A stretch of DNA of 64,000 nt from Octopus sinensis (Eukaryota), in contig NC_042997.1 of NCBI RefSeq assembly GCF_006345805.1, positions 182,094,001-182,158,000 of the forward strand, given 5' to 3'. Positions within the stretch are counted from its first letter, which is position 1, and each line of letters starts with the position of its first letter. Below, in pieces: positions 1 through 12,850 of the stretch. A model generated the notes under the pieces. That model did not search any database, was not told the DNA's origin, and worked only from the letters and a program-made list of their open reading frames with translations. The position numbers were made by a program, and so were the translations under genes.

Positions 1-396
1 GTGCGTACGCCTATATGTGTATATATAAGTGTATATCTATGTTGTACACATACATTTATAGAGAAACAAAGTTAAATGCATTTTAACCTAAGCTAATGTA
101 GTGTCAGCTCCCTAAATAGCATCTCCGGTTCATGTTTGTTGAGACCTTTAATGCATAATGCTATGAAATTGCTAGAGACCCCACCTTGTTCAATTATTCA
201 GTGTGGAAACTGATTATGTGAGTTATTACCCTTCCCCTCCCACTCGTTCCTTTCTCTCTCCTCTTTGACCTACTCGTTTCTAACTCCCGTACTCGAGTTA
301 CGTCTCATTTTCCATTCATATTCCATCTCTCTTTCTCTCTCTCTCTCTCTCTGACTACTTCCTTTTCTAAATTGGTCATTGAAATCTCTCTCTTTG

Positions 397-397
<1 letters not shown>

Positions 398-450
<53 letters not shown>
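398..450. repeat. (TATC)n microsatellite within a larger CT/TATC low-complexity block (~320-800)
   Basis: Read directly from the sequence. Confidence 0.95.
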
Positions 451-582
451 CCCCCTCGAAAAAATAACTCTACATTGTAATTGTCCCCTCTATGTCTAGC
501 CCTGTGTGGCCAATAAAGAAAGTTATCTCTCTCTCTTCTCTCTATCTATCTATCTATCTATCGATATAAGTAATTTCTCTCC

Positions 583-622
<40 letters not shown>

Positions 623-637
623 TCTATCTATGTAATT

Positions 638-672
<35 letters not shown>

Positions 673-678
673 GTAATT

Positions 679-713
<35 letters not shown>

Positions 714-1394
714 ACCTTCATTCAATCATCCTTTATTCCTCAAAAATATCTCTTTATTTCACACAGGCTTTTTCTCTCTCTCTCTTTGCTTTCACTGACT
801 CCTCCCTCTCTATTTCATTCATTCTTTCACATCTTCATTCACTCTACTCTCTCTTTCTACTTCCTTATTTTCCTCTTTATGTTTCTCTCTCTCTATACAT
901 ATATCTGTCATTCTCTTTCGTATCCGTTATTCTTTCTCTCACTCTCTCTTCCCGTCTCCTCCCCCCTCTCCTAACCCCTCATCCTCCTCCCCTCTTCCGA
1001 CTTCCCTTCCTCTTCTCTGAGCCTTTCATATTCACCGTTCTTCCCTTCGTGTTCCCTTTTCCTTCCTGACATGTATTTCGGCTCATCTGCTTTCTTCTTT
1101 CCCTCTTCCACTGCCACACCTTCCACTCTTTATACATATACACACATACACCCCATATACATATATGGCCATATATGCACATACATCCACACACACACAC
1201 ACACACATACGAACATATATACAAATATACATACATTTATATATATATATTTATATATCTATCAATCTATATATATGTATGTATGTGTATATGTATCTAT
1301 GTTTGTGTGTGTGCGCGCTTGCGCACGTCTGTGTACATACAGCACTTTTATTTTTAAAAGTATTTTTCACGTAGGCGCACGCATGGTTGTATAC

Positions 1395-1619
1395 TCTTAC
1401 TCTTTTACTTGTTTCAGTCATTTGACTATGGCCATGTTGGAGCACCGCCTTTAGTCGAGCAAATCGACTCCAGGACTTATTCGTTGTAAGCCTAGTACTT
1501 ATTCTATCGTTCTTTTTCTGCCGAACCGCTAAGTTACGGGGACGTAAACACACCACCATCGGTTGACAAGCGATGCTGGGGAGACAAACACAGACACACA
1601 AACACACAAACATACACAT

Positions 1620-1676
<57 letters not shown>

Positions 1677-1750
1677 TATACGACGGGCTTCTTTCAGTTT
1701 CCGTCTACCAAATCCATACACAAGGCTTTGGTCGGCCCGAGGCTATAGTA
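1395..1750 (-). mobile_element. tRNA-derived SINE, family B, 5'-truncated, with internal (CA)n/(TA)n
   Basis: Shares the body (gcggtgctccagcatggcc...caaatgactgaaacaagtaaaagag on the sense strand) with the copies at 22540-23030 and 26112-26508. Confidence 0.85.
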
Positions 1751-1774
1751 AATGAAGAAGCTCGCTTTGCAGCC

Positions 1775-1894
1775 TTGTGGCTTCAGGTTCAGTCCCACTG
1801 CGCGACACTTTGAGTAAGTATTTGCTATTGTAGCCCTGGGCCGATCAATGCCCTGTGAGTGAAATTGGTTGACGGAATCTGTGTGAAAGCCAAG

Positions 1895-1966
<72 letters not shown>

Positions 1967-2175
1967 TACACACATGTATATGCGTGTTTGTGCTTTCCTT
2001 CCACTACCGCTTGGTTTGTATATGTCCCCGTAACTTAGCGGTTCGGCACGAGTGTCGGACAGAATATGTGCCTAACTTAAAAAGAACTGAATACTGGACG
2101 ATTTGTGCAGACTAAATACTTCGAGGTAGTGCCCCAGCATGGCCATAGACCATTGACTGCAATAAGTGAGAGATG
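1775..2175 (+). mobile_element. Diverged SINE, family B, head-to-head with the previous copy
   Basis: B-box-like ggttcagtcccactgcg, then gtaacttagcggttcggc and ccccagcatggcc. Confidence 0.7.
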
Positions 2176-2180
2176 AAAGA

Positions 2181-2361
2181 CATCCATCCATCCATCCATC
2201 CATCCATCCATCCATCCATCCATCCATCCATCCATCCATCCATCCATCCATCCATCCATCCATCCATACATACATACATACATACATATATACATACATA
2301 CATACATACATACATGCATGCATGCATGCATGCATGCATGCATATATATATATATATATAT
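2181..2361. repeat. Compound microsatellite (CATC)n-(CATA)n-(CATG)n-(TA)n
   Basis: Read directly; it generates the spurious GWMD/IHPS/CMYV ORFs. Confidence 0.95.
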
Positions 2362-2539
2362 AAGCATGTGATCTGATGCATTGAACCTATGGAATATGTG
2401 ATGTTCATACGTTTCCGAAATTAGAAACCGAAAAGCAGTGAATTTGTCATGACTACAGCCGGAAATCGAACCGCGAATGACTGATTACTTACCAAGCACG
2501 CTAACGAGCTCGGCGACTTATTAGTTAACTTACGATATT

Positions 2540-2771
2540 TATTTCTTTACTACCCACAAGGAGCTAAACATAGAGGGGACAAACAAGGACGGACAAACGG
2601 ATTAAGTCGATTACATCGACCCAGTGCGAAACTGGTACTTTATTTATCGACCCGAAAGGATGAAAGGCAAAGTCGTCCTCGGCGGAATTTGAACTCAGAA
2701 CGTAACAGCAGATGAAATACCGCTAAGCATTTCGCCCGGCGCGCAAACGTTTCTGCCAGCTCGCCGCCTTA
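2540..2771 (-). mobile_element. tRNA-derived SINE, family A, with 18-bp target-site duplication
   Basis: Head ggcggcgagctggcagaaacg, B-box gagttcaaattcc and tail taaagaaata on the - strand. TSD tagttaacttacgatatt at 2522-2539 and 2772-2789. Confidence 0.92.
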
Positions 2772-3039
2772 TAGTTAACTTACGATATTGTTTTTAAAAT
2801 CATTCAGTTGTATGAAGGTTTAAAATATTAGGTCTACTGCTAAGCCAAATCTTGTCGCCATAGCAACTGTATAGAAGAAACGTGGGTGGATTTTTAATGT
2901 CTTTGAGTGGGAGTAAAACTGCACTGTGAGAGATGATGGAGATGTTTCTGATTCCGATATCATTATTACGGATTGTTGGTATGTCGCTGAGATTGAAGAA
3001 GACAGAAAAGAAGAAAGAATGGCTAAAGATGGTTAGAAA

Positions 3040-3152
<113 letters not shown>

Positions 3153-3505
3153 GAGTCACAAGGCATCCTGAGATGCTCTCTGAGGGTATTCTGAAATCAG
3201 CCTTTAACACATCCTCCCACTTATTTTTCGATCTTCCTCTTCTTCAGGATCCCTTCTCTTAATTTCTTAGACATTTCTTCACCGAACTATTATCCTGTAT
3301 ACACATCACATACCCACACTACTACAATCTTCTATGTTGCACGCGCATTATATCTGATATAACTAACAACCATTTCCCCCCCCCTCGTAAGAACTCATTT
3401 TTGCCCCGTTAATAATCCTCTCTAAAGTTGGCATAAGATCTGATATCAACTGCATCGACCCCCAATACTCGATTGGTACTTAAACTGAAGGTTCCTGAAC
3501 GGATG

Positions 3506-3605
3506 NNNNNNNNNNNNNNNNNNNNNNNNNNNNNNNNNNNNNNNNNNNNNNNNNNNNNNNNNNNNNNNNNNNNNNNNNNNNNNNNNNNNNNNNNNNNNNN
3601 NNNNN
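3506..3605. other. Assembly gap (100 N)
   Basis: Run of 100 N, typical of a placeholder gap of unknown size. Confidence 0.99.
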
Positions 3606-3740
3606 ATTGGTTACAAGGTAAAAATATTGATATTTAACTCAATTTCGTATATGAGAACAACCATAGCAACAATGCATTTGCGGATGTCGTAGATAACGTT
3701 GACAATTCCAACCTTTATTTATTTATTTATTTATTTATTT

Positions 3741-3773
<33 letters not shown>

Positions 3774-3829
3774 TTTGAGACATATATCTTGGACAACATT
3801 ATACAATTAGTCCTTTTTAAGACGTGAAG

Positions 3830-4680
3830 GTGTAATTTTAGGGTCCTATTTCTTGGTAGATGTATATTGTTGAGCGTATCTAAGCTCACATACTCTAGGA
3901 AGCGCCGTGATATGTATATTCGCAAACTTTTCTTTGCTGATGACTCAGCTCCGGTGACTCCTTCCTTGGAAGATATCCATAAAATTGCACACTTTACTGA
4001 ATGTGCGGTGTCAGCTTTTGGTCTATCAATAAATATAACAAAAAGACTGAAGTCCATAATCGACCTAAACCTGAAGTGATGAAACACATACCTCAGACTA
4101 TTATGATTACGAATCAGCCTGTTATGGCTATTATGATTGCGAATCTTATTGTTTGAACAGTAAGATTTCTAACGACTACAGTCTGAATGTGTATTGCAGC
4201 TACAGTCGCTTTCGGAAAACTCAATGATCGATGCGGAAATGCAGTATAAATCTGTCAACAATATGCAAAGTGTATCGAACATTATTTTGATCCTGTCTGT
4301 TGAATTCTGCTGAGACTTACACTCTGTATCGTTGGCATATCAAAAAGCCTTTGAAATGTTATAAATCGTACTTGGCGCCATCTACGATCTATAATAAGCA
4401 TTTCTCTAAGCGACCACATCTTGAAGCGACCACATATCCAACATGGAGGTCTTACAGCGGGATACCAAGTGCTATGTCTGTCCTGCTGGAATTACAGTTG
4501 TGCCGGGTGGGACACGTCGTCCGCTTTGTTTGTGATCAGCCACTGTTTTTCTTCATGCAGTCGCATGCAGGCCACCCGATTCATTGAAATGTCGTTTAAT
4601 GACCCTTTCGAGGGCTTTTTTCAATGGCTTCACGTATTTCCGCTTGTTGTAAACACAGTCTTGTAACTCCTAGTGTCTGC
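3830..4680 (+). mobile_element. Degenerate RTE-clade LINE, reverse-transcriptase C-terminal remnant
   Basis: Translation IRKLFFADDSAPV...FGLSINITK resembles the RT YADD region. LNSAETYTLYRWHIKK and LQLCRVGHVVR resemble RTE C-terminal motifs. Frameshifts and stops are present. Confidence 0.8.
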
Positions 4681-5574
4681 CATAAGGATCACACGTACCA
4701 CCCTGCACAAATGCAATTCTAGGAGAACAGACTCAACAAAGTATTCGACTTAAATCTAATCTTTCTCTGCCGTATATATTCTAAATGAAGCTATTGTTTT
4801 TATCCAGCTAATTGCATTTCAACTAATTCATTTGGCTTCCGGTTAAGAACATTATAACTGTAGCTTATTACTAAAACATTTAGAGTGTTAATACTTATTA
4901 CTGTATTTCTGATATATATCCCAGTTTTTTTAATTTTTAATATTAATTTACACATTGTAATCCTTACTTTTATTAACGTAATCAAATAAAAGTAAATTTA
5001 GGAAGGTTGCTTTCTAACCTAAAGGTTAGGAAGTTACCTTCCTATCCATTACTTTATTTGTGTTCGTTGTGTTCTGTCTACTTCAATAATTATTGGGTTT
5101 TGAAATGAAAGAATTTGGTTTAATTCTCTTATTCTGTTTTGGCTTTTTCTTTTTTCTTCTTTCTTTTTTCTTCACATGACATTAGTGGCTTTTATCAATT
5201 ATCCTCTCTTCAACGTTGCCTTGGCGCATTTTTTCTAAATCGAATTTTCATGCTAATTCCTCAACTGGATTTGTAAATTTTGAAGATGTGTCACCTGATC
5301 TTATTGACTGTCTCTAAAAATGTTAGTACACTTCGTCCATGAAGAAAGAAATCTCAGGAAAAGCAAAGAAAATGTTTGCAGTTCAAAAGCAAAAGCAAAG
5401 GAAAGAAGATAAAGAAAAAGAAAGAAAATCTCACTTGTGTAAAGATTGATCAGAAATTTAAATTTGAATTAATTAGTTTTCAGAGTAAACATTTTAGTAT
5501 TTCATTGTTTGTGCAATTTTGCAAAGTTAAAAGTGAGGTGTGTAGTTTACTTTTTTATTTTCTTGTGCTCTGTG

Positions 5575-5580
5575 TGTGTG

Positions 5581-5663
<83 letters not shown>
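5575..5663. repeat. (TG)n microsatellite
   Basis: Read directly from the sequence. Confidence 0.95.
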
Positions 5664-5666
<3 letters not shown>

Positions 5667-7207
5667 TTGGGAGAGTGTAATAGTTAGCCTGTCTGGTGAG
5701 GAGAATGTCTTGTGTGCGTGTTTGTGCAGGCATCTGTTTGTTCGTTTGTTTATATTTCAGTCGTGCTGGTACCCAGTAAAATTGCAATTAATACAAACAA
5801 AGCAAAAATAATGACTTCTCATGAGACATGAATGTGTCACAGTAGATTGAGATTTATAGAGCATTGACGAGAGAGAATGGTCAAAGGTTAACTTTTTGTT
5901 TTTTAGTAAAACGAGTAAACAAACCTGTGACGTCGATGAGTGATGCGTTGGTTCATAGTTCAATTCCTTATGTGAGTAAAATCAATTACGAGAGAGCAGT
6001 GAGGAGATATATCATTCTTGTATACTACGGAAACCAAAGATAAAAAATCAGATCTCGTTGTTCTTTATGAACTAACTGATAGGATCGTTACAGAATTCTA
6101 TTGAACAAGAGTTAACCTTCAAGCGAGTTAGACTTACAAATCGACTGCAGTACCTGGTTGATGTGAAATGTGCAGCTGATGTCTTCAACCTAGTCTCATT
6201 CTCCTATCCCAGAAATTCGTGAGATAATTGAAAAGGAATTGAAATTGAAAATCTGATTAATTGATTGGAACTATACTATTGTAACAATCACATGATTTAT
6301 CAGGACTAAACGGACTGCATTGGCAATGAAAAACCATCTGCTTATTTCTAATATCATAAATATTTATTAGTGGATGAAGAAGAGCCATTATATGCATACA
6401 TTTTAGACACATTTCAACGAAGATATATGAGCGCCAAGTTCGCGGCTTACTGAACAACCAGCCGAAAAATCAGAAGTTCGGGTGTTTTCTCCATCATGCT
6501 ATTATTCCCGTAAATAAGACTTAATCTGAAAGGGTTCAGTCCAACAAGATGTAAATAGGTTTCAAGGTTCGCTGCTGTTAGTAGCAGTACTGTAAAACTG
6601 GTGAATATTTCGTTAGCATTTAGTGCAGGATTTAATTTATTCATTTAAACAGGGAATCTGTAACTTGAAGAAGGATGGTCACTATCTAATTCCCTGTCTT
6701 CAGTGCGTAACATGAAGAATATTCTTCGGTTATGAGCTTAAGTACTTAAGTTATTTATAAAAAAAATTACATTGTTGCCAGTGAACAATAGCTTGTCGGT
6801 TACTGGTCCATAACGGGCTGATCAGTGGTTTACTACGCTTCTGAGAGTATCAGTAACGCAGGAGTTTCTACAACACAGTCTGGAACATATATGGCAAAAG
6901 ACCTTGTTCGAAGAGCGTAAGATTTCAGGGCAATCTACATACACTCATATAATATATACTTATATACGCACATACATACACTGCACTTAACAAGTTCGCT
7001 TCGCAAACATGCGTATTCGATCTTATTGTGATGTGCAGTACAGTGGCAAGTCTTTTTCTAATATAGCGTCAGTTGGCTAATAGTTTACGAGTAGGATTTG
7101 ACAAAATCTGTTCAGAAGTCACACGCACAGACACATGGCGGTGCCCCAGCACTGCTCGTGAACTGAAAGTAGATAAAATTAAAATAAATATATATATATA
7201 TATAATA

Positions 7208-7412
7208 TGGAACCACGTATGTATCGTTGGCGATTTTTTCTTCCGTCTTTCCTTCCTTGGATCTTTCCTTTTTCTGTGTTTCTGACGAAGAGCTCCGCTC
7301 GAAACGTTAAATCCTCCTTCTTTCTTTCCTTTCCTGAGCGTCCAATAACACCATACTTGTTCAACGTCCTCGCGTTGTTGTTTTTTCTCTTTGTTTTTCA
7401 TGTTTGGATTAA

Positions 7413-7413
<1 letters not shown>
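7208..7413 (+). mobile_element. Short non-coding element embedded in (TA)n, carrying a hammerhead-like motif (probable PLE-related non-autonomous element)
   Basis: Flanked by TA repeats on both sides. Its 3' half recurs inverted at 28513-28607, and a similar architecture occurs at 39331-39510 and 63012-63200. Confidence 0.7.
7278..7312 (+). ncRNA. Minimal type-I hammerhead ribozyme motif
   Basis: GUUU-CUGACGA-A-GAGC(UCC)GCUC-GAAAC-GUU-AAAU. Core CUGANGA and GAAA are intact, stem II is 4 bp, stem III is the palindrome ACGU, and stem I is 4 bp including one G-U. Confidence 0.65.
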
Positions 7414-7476
<63 letters not shown>

Positions 7477-8364
7477 CGAGGGCACAATATTTCGTTTTGG
7501 AAAGATTAATTTACATATAAGAAATATTCCAGGAAACTGATACATACATATAAATTGCTGGCAAGAACAAAGTGTATCGTTTGGCAACCATGATAGACTA
7601 CCAAGAAAGATTTACAAGTCAATATTGTGCCTTACCTTGTGTTAGCAGTGCAATATTTTCACTTCTAAGTTCATCTCTGTGGAGTTCTAATAGAATTCAG
7701 AGCCAGCACTGTAACTTACGGGCTTTTGTATACGAACACGCTTTTATAAACTAGACGATCAAAGATAGAAAATTTAAGTAATGGGTGTGTATGCATATTT
7801 CAATTAGTGCCATAATATACTACCAAGTAGTATATTATGGTAGTATATTGTGGTATAACTCATCAACAATCCTTGAACACATTGCTTAAATAGCCACTAA
7901 GTTTAGCGGTGTAACACTGTTGGATAGACCAATTTACATATTGAACACATTCTTAGTAACTGGTACGCACATATTAATTGCTGGTATAGAGACGCCGTAT
8001 TTCGTTGAGTAACGTGTTCGTTAATAGGTTGGATGTGGTGCTGAAAAAGGAACAATAACTCCTCAAATATTCATATATACCCGTTATCTATTTTTCGATC
8101 TTCGATCGCATTGTTTACATAGACGTATTCGTATACGAAACGTCGTAACTTTCTGTGCTGGCTCTAAATTCTATATTATATCTATAGAGATAACTTTAAA
8201 ATGATTGAACTGCACTGCTAACACAAAAGGTAGGACAATGCATTGACTTATAAACCATTAATGTACTTGGTGGTGTATTATAGTTGCTAAACAAAATGCG
8301 GTATCCCTATTGATATAATTATATATAGATATATCTATGGTATCCTATTGATAGTATATATATA

Positions 8365-8431
<67 letters not shown>

Positions 8432-8529
8432 AACTATCATTCGAAAATTAAAACAATGGAGTGAACAGCATTGTTATCAGCAGTGTATAACAACATCCGG
8501 TAGTTTGGTTGATAACATGCTACCTTGAT

Positions 8530-8735
<206 letters not shown>

Positions 8736-9302
8736 ACACGTGCGTGCAGGTGTGTATAAGGCTTTCCGGTTTAGTACTTGAGCATGAGAAGCAACTATAA
8801 AAATTTAGAGCTTAGTTTGTGACATTACATTAAACTCTGAAATTTCATAACTTGATTACAATTCTGTATAAAACGCTACACAAATTTATAGTCGGCTATA
8901 ACGAATGGAGAGAGCAAAATACTTCTGAAAATATAGAAGATATTACAGTAACTTCCTATCCTAAAACTCTGTCAATAACAACCCCAAAGCTTCCCGCTTA
9001 TATAATTATTTAACATAATTGTACAGTACACGACAATCATATATTCAAGTTCCTGCAAACGTTTTGATCTTAAATGTTGTTAAATAATTATATAATTATG
9101 AAGGTATGTGAAAGTTAATGAAATGCCTGCTAGAAATGAAATTTCAGAAATATAAATGACATTGTTTGCTATTTTTCAAATGTATTTCGTCTTGCATTCG
9201 TTGTGGTCAATTATACAATAATTTATGTAATTACTCTAAACAATGCATTTTTCTAACTAGAATTACTTCGGTATGTATGTATGCAATCATATATGTAAGC
9301 TC

Positions 9303-9379
9303 ATACATACATACATACATACATACATACATACATACATACATACATACATACATACATACATACATACATACATACA

Positions 9380-9408
<29 letters not shown>
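9303..9408. repeat. (TACA)n microsatellite
   Basis: Read directly from the sequence. Confidence 0.97.
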
Positions 9409-9410
<2 letters not shown>

Positions 9411-9425
9411 GTATATATATATATA

Positions 9426-10400
9426 TCAGGTCACTAAGAATGAAATGTCCGATTTTGAATTGAAAGTTTATTTTACTTTATCTCAACAAAAAGCAATGCA
9501 GTCAAATAAAGTATGTACCTGAATTATCAACGCAATTTTTCCATTTTATCGGTAGCTTATTTATGCCGGTAGCGAAGAATTTTGGAGAGCAAGAGGTGAT
9601 GAAATCACGAAAAGCTGTTTTTGCATATTCTTCAGATTTGAAGTTTTTTTCCTTGCAAAAAGTTGTCTAACGCCTGAAAAAACGTGATAGTCAGTTGGTG
9701 CAAGGTGTGGTGAATATGGTGGATGACAGAGTACTTTCAAGTTCAGTTCCTGTAGCTTGAGTAGCGTTCTTTGTGCATCATGTTGTTGAGCATTGTCTTG
9801 CAAGAGAATTGGCTTCAATCTCGGTTGTTTAATTGTAAATTCACTCATCATTTCATCCAATTGGTTGATGCATACATCTGCTGTAATTGACTTACCCGGT
9901 CTATTGAAACTGGAGTGGATGGCACCAGCGCTGGACCACCAAACAGACACCATTAGCTTTTTTTGATGAATATTCTTTTTTGGATTGTGTTTTGGCATTT
10001 CGTTTCCATCCAACCACCGTGCAGAATGCTTGCTATTGTTGAAAAGAATCCATTTTTCATCACACGTAACAATACGATGCAAAAATGGTTTACTTTTATG
10101 CCGTGACAGCAAGTTTCAAGACGACGTGTCATTTGATGCTCGTTCAGTTAGCGTGGTACCCACTTGTCCAGGTTTTTTTGCCTTGCCGATTTGTTTCAGA
10201 TGGTCCAATACAGTTGGAATCGAAACATCAAACCTTGCGTAGTTTGAGATGTATCCACTTCCACTATAGTCTCCTGCTCATCATTATCCACCTTGGTCTC
10301 AGGTCTACCACGGGGCTGATTTTCAAGAGTAAAGTCACCAGACCGGAACTTCTCAAACCATCGACGTACGGTACGCTCATTCGCCACATCTTCAAATACA
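9426..10400 (-). mobile_element. Mariner (DD34D) DNA transposon remnant, 5' end missing, transposase frameshifted
   Basis: ORFs give NERTVRRWFEKFRSGD (HTH), HRIVTCDEKW, LLQDNA and HPPYSPHLAPTDY, with 34 residues between the second and third Asp. TIR TCAGGTCACTAAGAATGAAATGTCCG at 9426 follows TA and resembles Mos1-type TIRs. Confidence 0.95.
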
Positions 10401-10404
10401 TGAT

Positions 10405-10620
10405 CTAGTTGTTAAGAGTGAATACAACTACGGCTTCATATACGACTCCCTCAGTCTCGCAACCCCCAACCCCACTGGGCAGCCATTGTACTCCTTGCAT
10501 GAGTAAGCGGCCTCTGTTCGCGTTATATGGGTGTTTGCCAATATTCTTTTCATATTGGATGCACAACTAAAAGAACCCCTTAGGTTATGCCTATTGAACA
10601 AACCACCGTACATGTGCGTC
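10405..10620 (-). mobile_element. Penelope-like element fragment (RT/GIY-YIG linker)
   Basis: Translation FNRHNLRGSFSCASNMKRIL...SCKEYNGCPVG, then EGVVYEAVV in a shifted frame, resembles PLE FNRxxxKxSYSC...CNC...CP...VY motifs. Confidence 0.7.
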
Positions 10621-10626
10621 TGATAC

Positions 10627-10699
<73 letters not shown>

Positions 10700-10704
<5 letters not shown>

Positions 10705-11230
10705 CTGTAAAACGTAAATCCGAAAGAAGAAGCAGTCTAAGATATAGAGCAGTATATATTAAAAACGGGGAAGGCCGGTTTATGGCATTACCTTAGGTTT
10801 CCTGTCCATAAAGGATTTAGCTTTATGGTGCATCGTCAGATCCCAAAACCTGTTGGCCCAAGACCTCTTAAAAGTATGGAGGGGGAAATGCTTCACTACT
10901 CAAAGGTAACAATTGGGATTTATCTCCCTTGGCTATCGGCTACCGACTTCTGGCTGCCCCGCCATATTGTGGGCTCCAAAAGGCTAGCAGGCATCTCCTG
11001 AAATGTAAACATGGCCCGAAAATCTCCGTTCTGGAGTTAAAGGTGTTCCCTGTTGGAGGGAGTTCTTGGGGGTTCTCGCACGTTCAGCTATGCATAATTT
11101 GCAAGGTTTTGTCCCATTGATGTAGAGGCCTGGGTTCTCGAGTATTTTCCATAAGGTCGAGTATGGAATCCCATCGCAATTTTTAATCAATTTTGATTTC
11201 GGAATTGTACCCCTAGCATGCAACCTCAAT
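10700..11230 (-). mobile_element. Penelope-like element 3' end (GIY-YIG C-terminus and 3' non-coding region)
   Basis: GIPYSTLWKILENPGLYINGTKPCKLCIAE, followed by a frameshifted GPCLHFRRCLL, then a hammerhead motif. Confidence 0.8.
10784..10844 (-). ncRNA. Type-I hammerhead ribozyme motif in PLE 3' region
   Basis: GGGAU-CUGACGA-ugca-CCAUAAAG(cuaaauc)CUUUAUGG-acag-GAAACC(UAA)GGU-A-AUGCC. The core is intact, stem II has an 8-bp helix, stem III is ACC/GGU and the triplet is GUA. Stem I has one mismatch and the base of stem II is degenerate. Confidence 0.75.
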
Positions 11231-11855
11231 TTTTAATCAATGTTGGTTTCGGAGTTGATTGAAATTATTATATACTCTGAATTGATCCAAAATAATGTTT
11301 GTTTGGTATTTTTTCTATTTCTTTTTAGCCCTTGTTCATTATGTATGTGAACTACTTTATAACTCTATGTTCCCTATGCAGAATGCAGTGCTTAGAAATA
11401 TTGTTGATTCCGCAAGGTAATATTTGATTTAAACGTTTCACGCAAATAGTTAAAGGGGGAAATACAAGTTAGCAAGAGTAGAGTATTGTTCTGAGAAAGA
11501 AGGCTTGAATTCTATATATTTCTGAGATTGTTACTGAACTGTAAATATATCAGGCAGATAGAGCAGAATTTCAAACAGGAACATAACGATTTCTGAAAGC
11601 AACACATCGCAAGATTTCCAAAATGAGAAGAGAAATGGTAATTTTCTACATTAACGATTTTATATTCCTATAGATTTTCGTAAATTTTCGGAATATATTA
11701 GTAGAGCAATACTATTGTAGTTTATTCTAATGTATTCTATGCTATTTATATACTATCTTCTTGAGTGAAATTAAAATTCTACATCATCCCTGCAACCTGT
11801 CAAATTGTTTCAATGGAGTCCAGTATTTAACCAAAGGTTCTCGTTCCATCTCTCA

Positions 11856-11893
<38 letters not shown>

Positions 11894-11967
11894 TTCTCTC
11901 TCTCACTCTCGCTCTCTCTGTCTCTCTTTCTTTCTTTCCCTCCCTCACTATCTATCTATCCATCTAT

Positions 11968-12016
<49 letters not shown>

Positions 12017-12150
12017 CACAGACACATATACTGTATATACCTATATATATATATATACACCTATCTATGTCTATCTCTGTCTCTCGACCTCTCTATATAT
12101 ATGTGTATATGTGTGTATATATATATACATACACACATATACACATATAC

Positions 12151-12220
<70 letters not shown>

Positions 12221-12850
12221 TATATATATATACCTATCTATGTCTATCTCTGTCTCTCGACCTATATATATATATATGTGCGTGCGCGTGTGCGCGCGTG
12301 TGTGTTCTTTACTCATATTAACCTCTTTAAAGACATTCGTGGTTCAATGGATCACTTATCTGGAATTTAGCAAATGAAGAGTAACATTCTCCTGGATAAG
12401 AATATATCGCAGATAAATTTTCCCGCAGTAAAACCTGAACTCAGTATCATAAGCTAACGTTGAAAATCTTACACATGGACACCAACAGTACTGGTAAGAA
12501 ATTAAGAATCGCGGACCTGTCGGCTGATCTGGTCTTGATGCTTAGCTCAAAGTTATTTCTGATCGAGCAGACCCAGTATGATCAAAGATATTTCAGCTGG
12601 GACCAACCTGATCTTTTTGATGCATTGAACATTATATTATCCAATGTTTTCTTTTTAAGAGAGACGAGTGTGATTTAAAGGAGATGTTGCTATTTTTTTC
12701 TCGGTCTTTTTCTGGTTCAATAATTTTGTTTGATGCGATTTGATTCGAGCATTCATGCTCTCCAAGTTACTCTACTGAGAGATAATTTTCGGTGGTGACG
12801 ATTATTGGGAAAGAGGGGAGTCAAAATGGGTAACTTCTGATTTTTTATTA

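Noticed and set aside
786-2408. Many ORFs rich in YI, HT, CV, GWMD and CMYV repeats (also throughout the window)
   Set aside because: They are translations of TA, CA, CATC and CATA microsatellites, which lack stops in some frames.
2420-2520. tRNA-like sequence on the - strand (also SINE heads at 25430-25502 and 26112-26180)
   Set aside because: A/B-box-like motifs are present but no complete cloverleaf, and the heads run into SINE bodies. These are not tRNA genes.
6257-6644. Two adjacent minus-strand ORFs in non-repetitive sequence
   Set aside because: Short, with no recognisable motif and no convincing splice-site pair.
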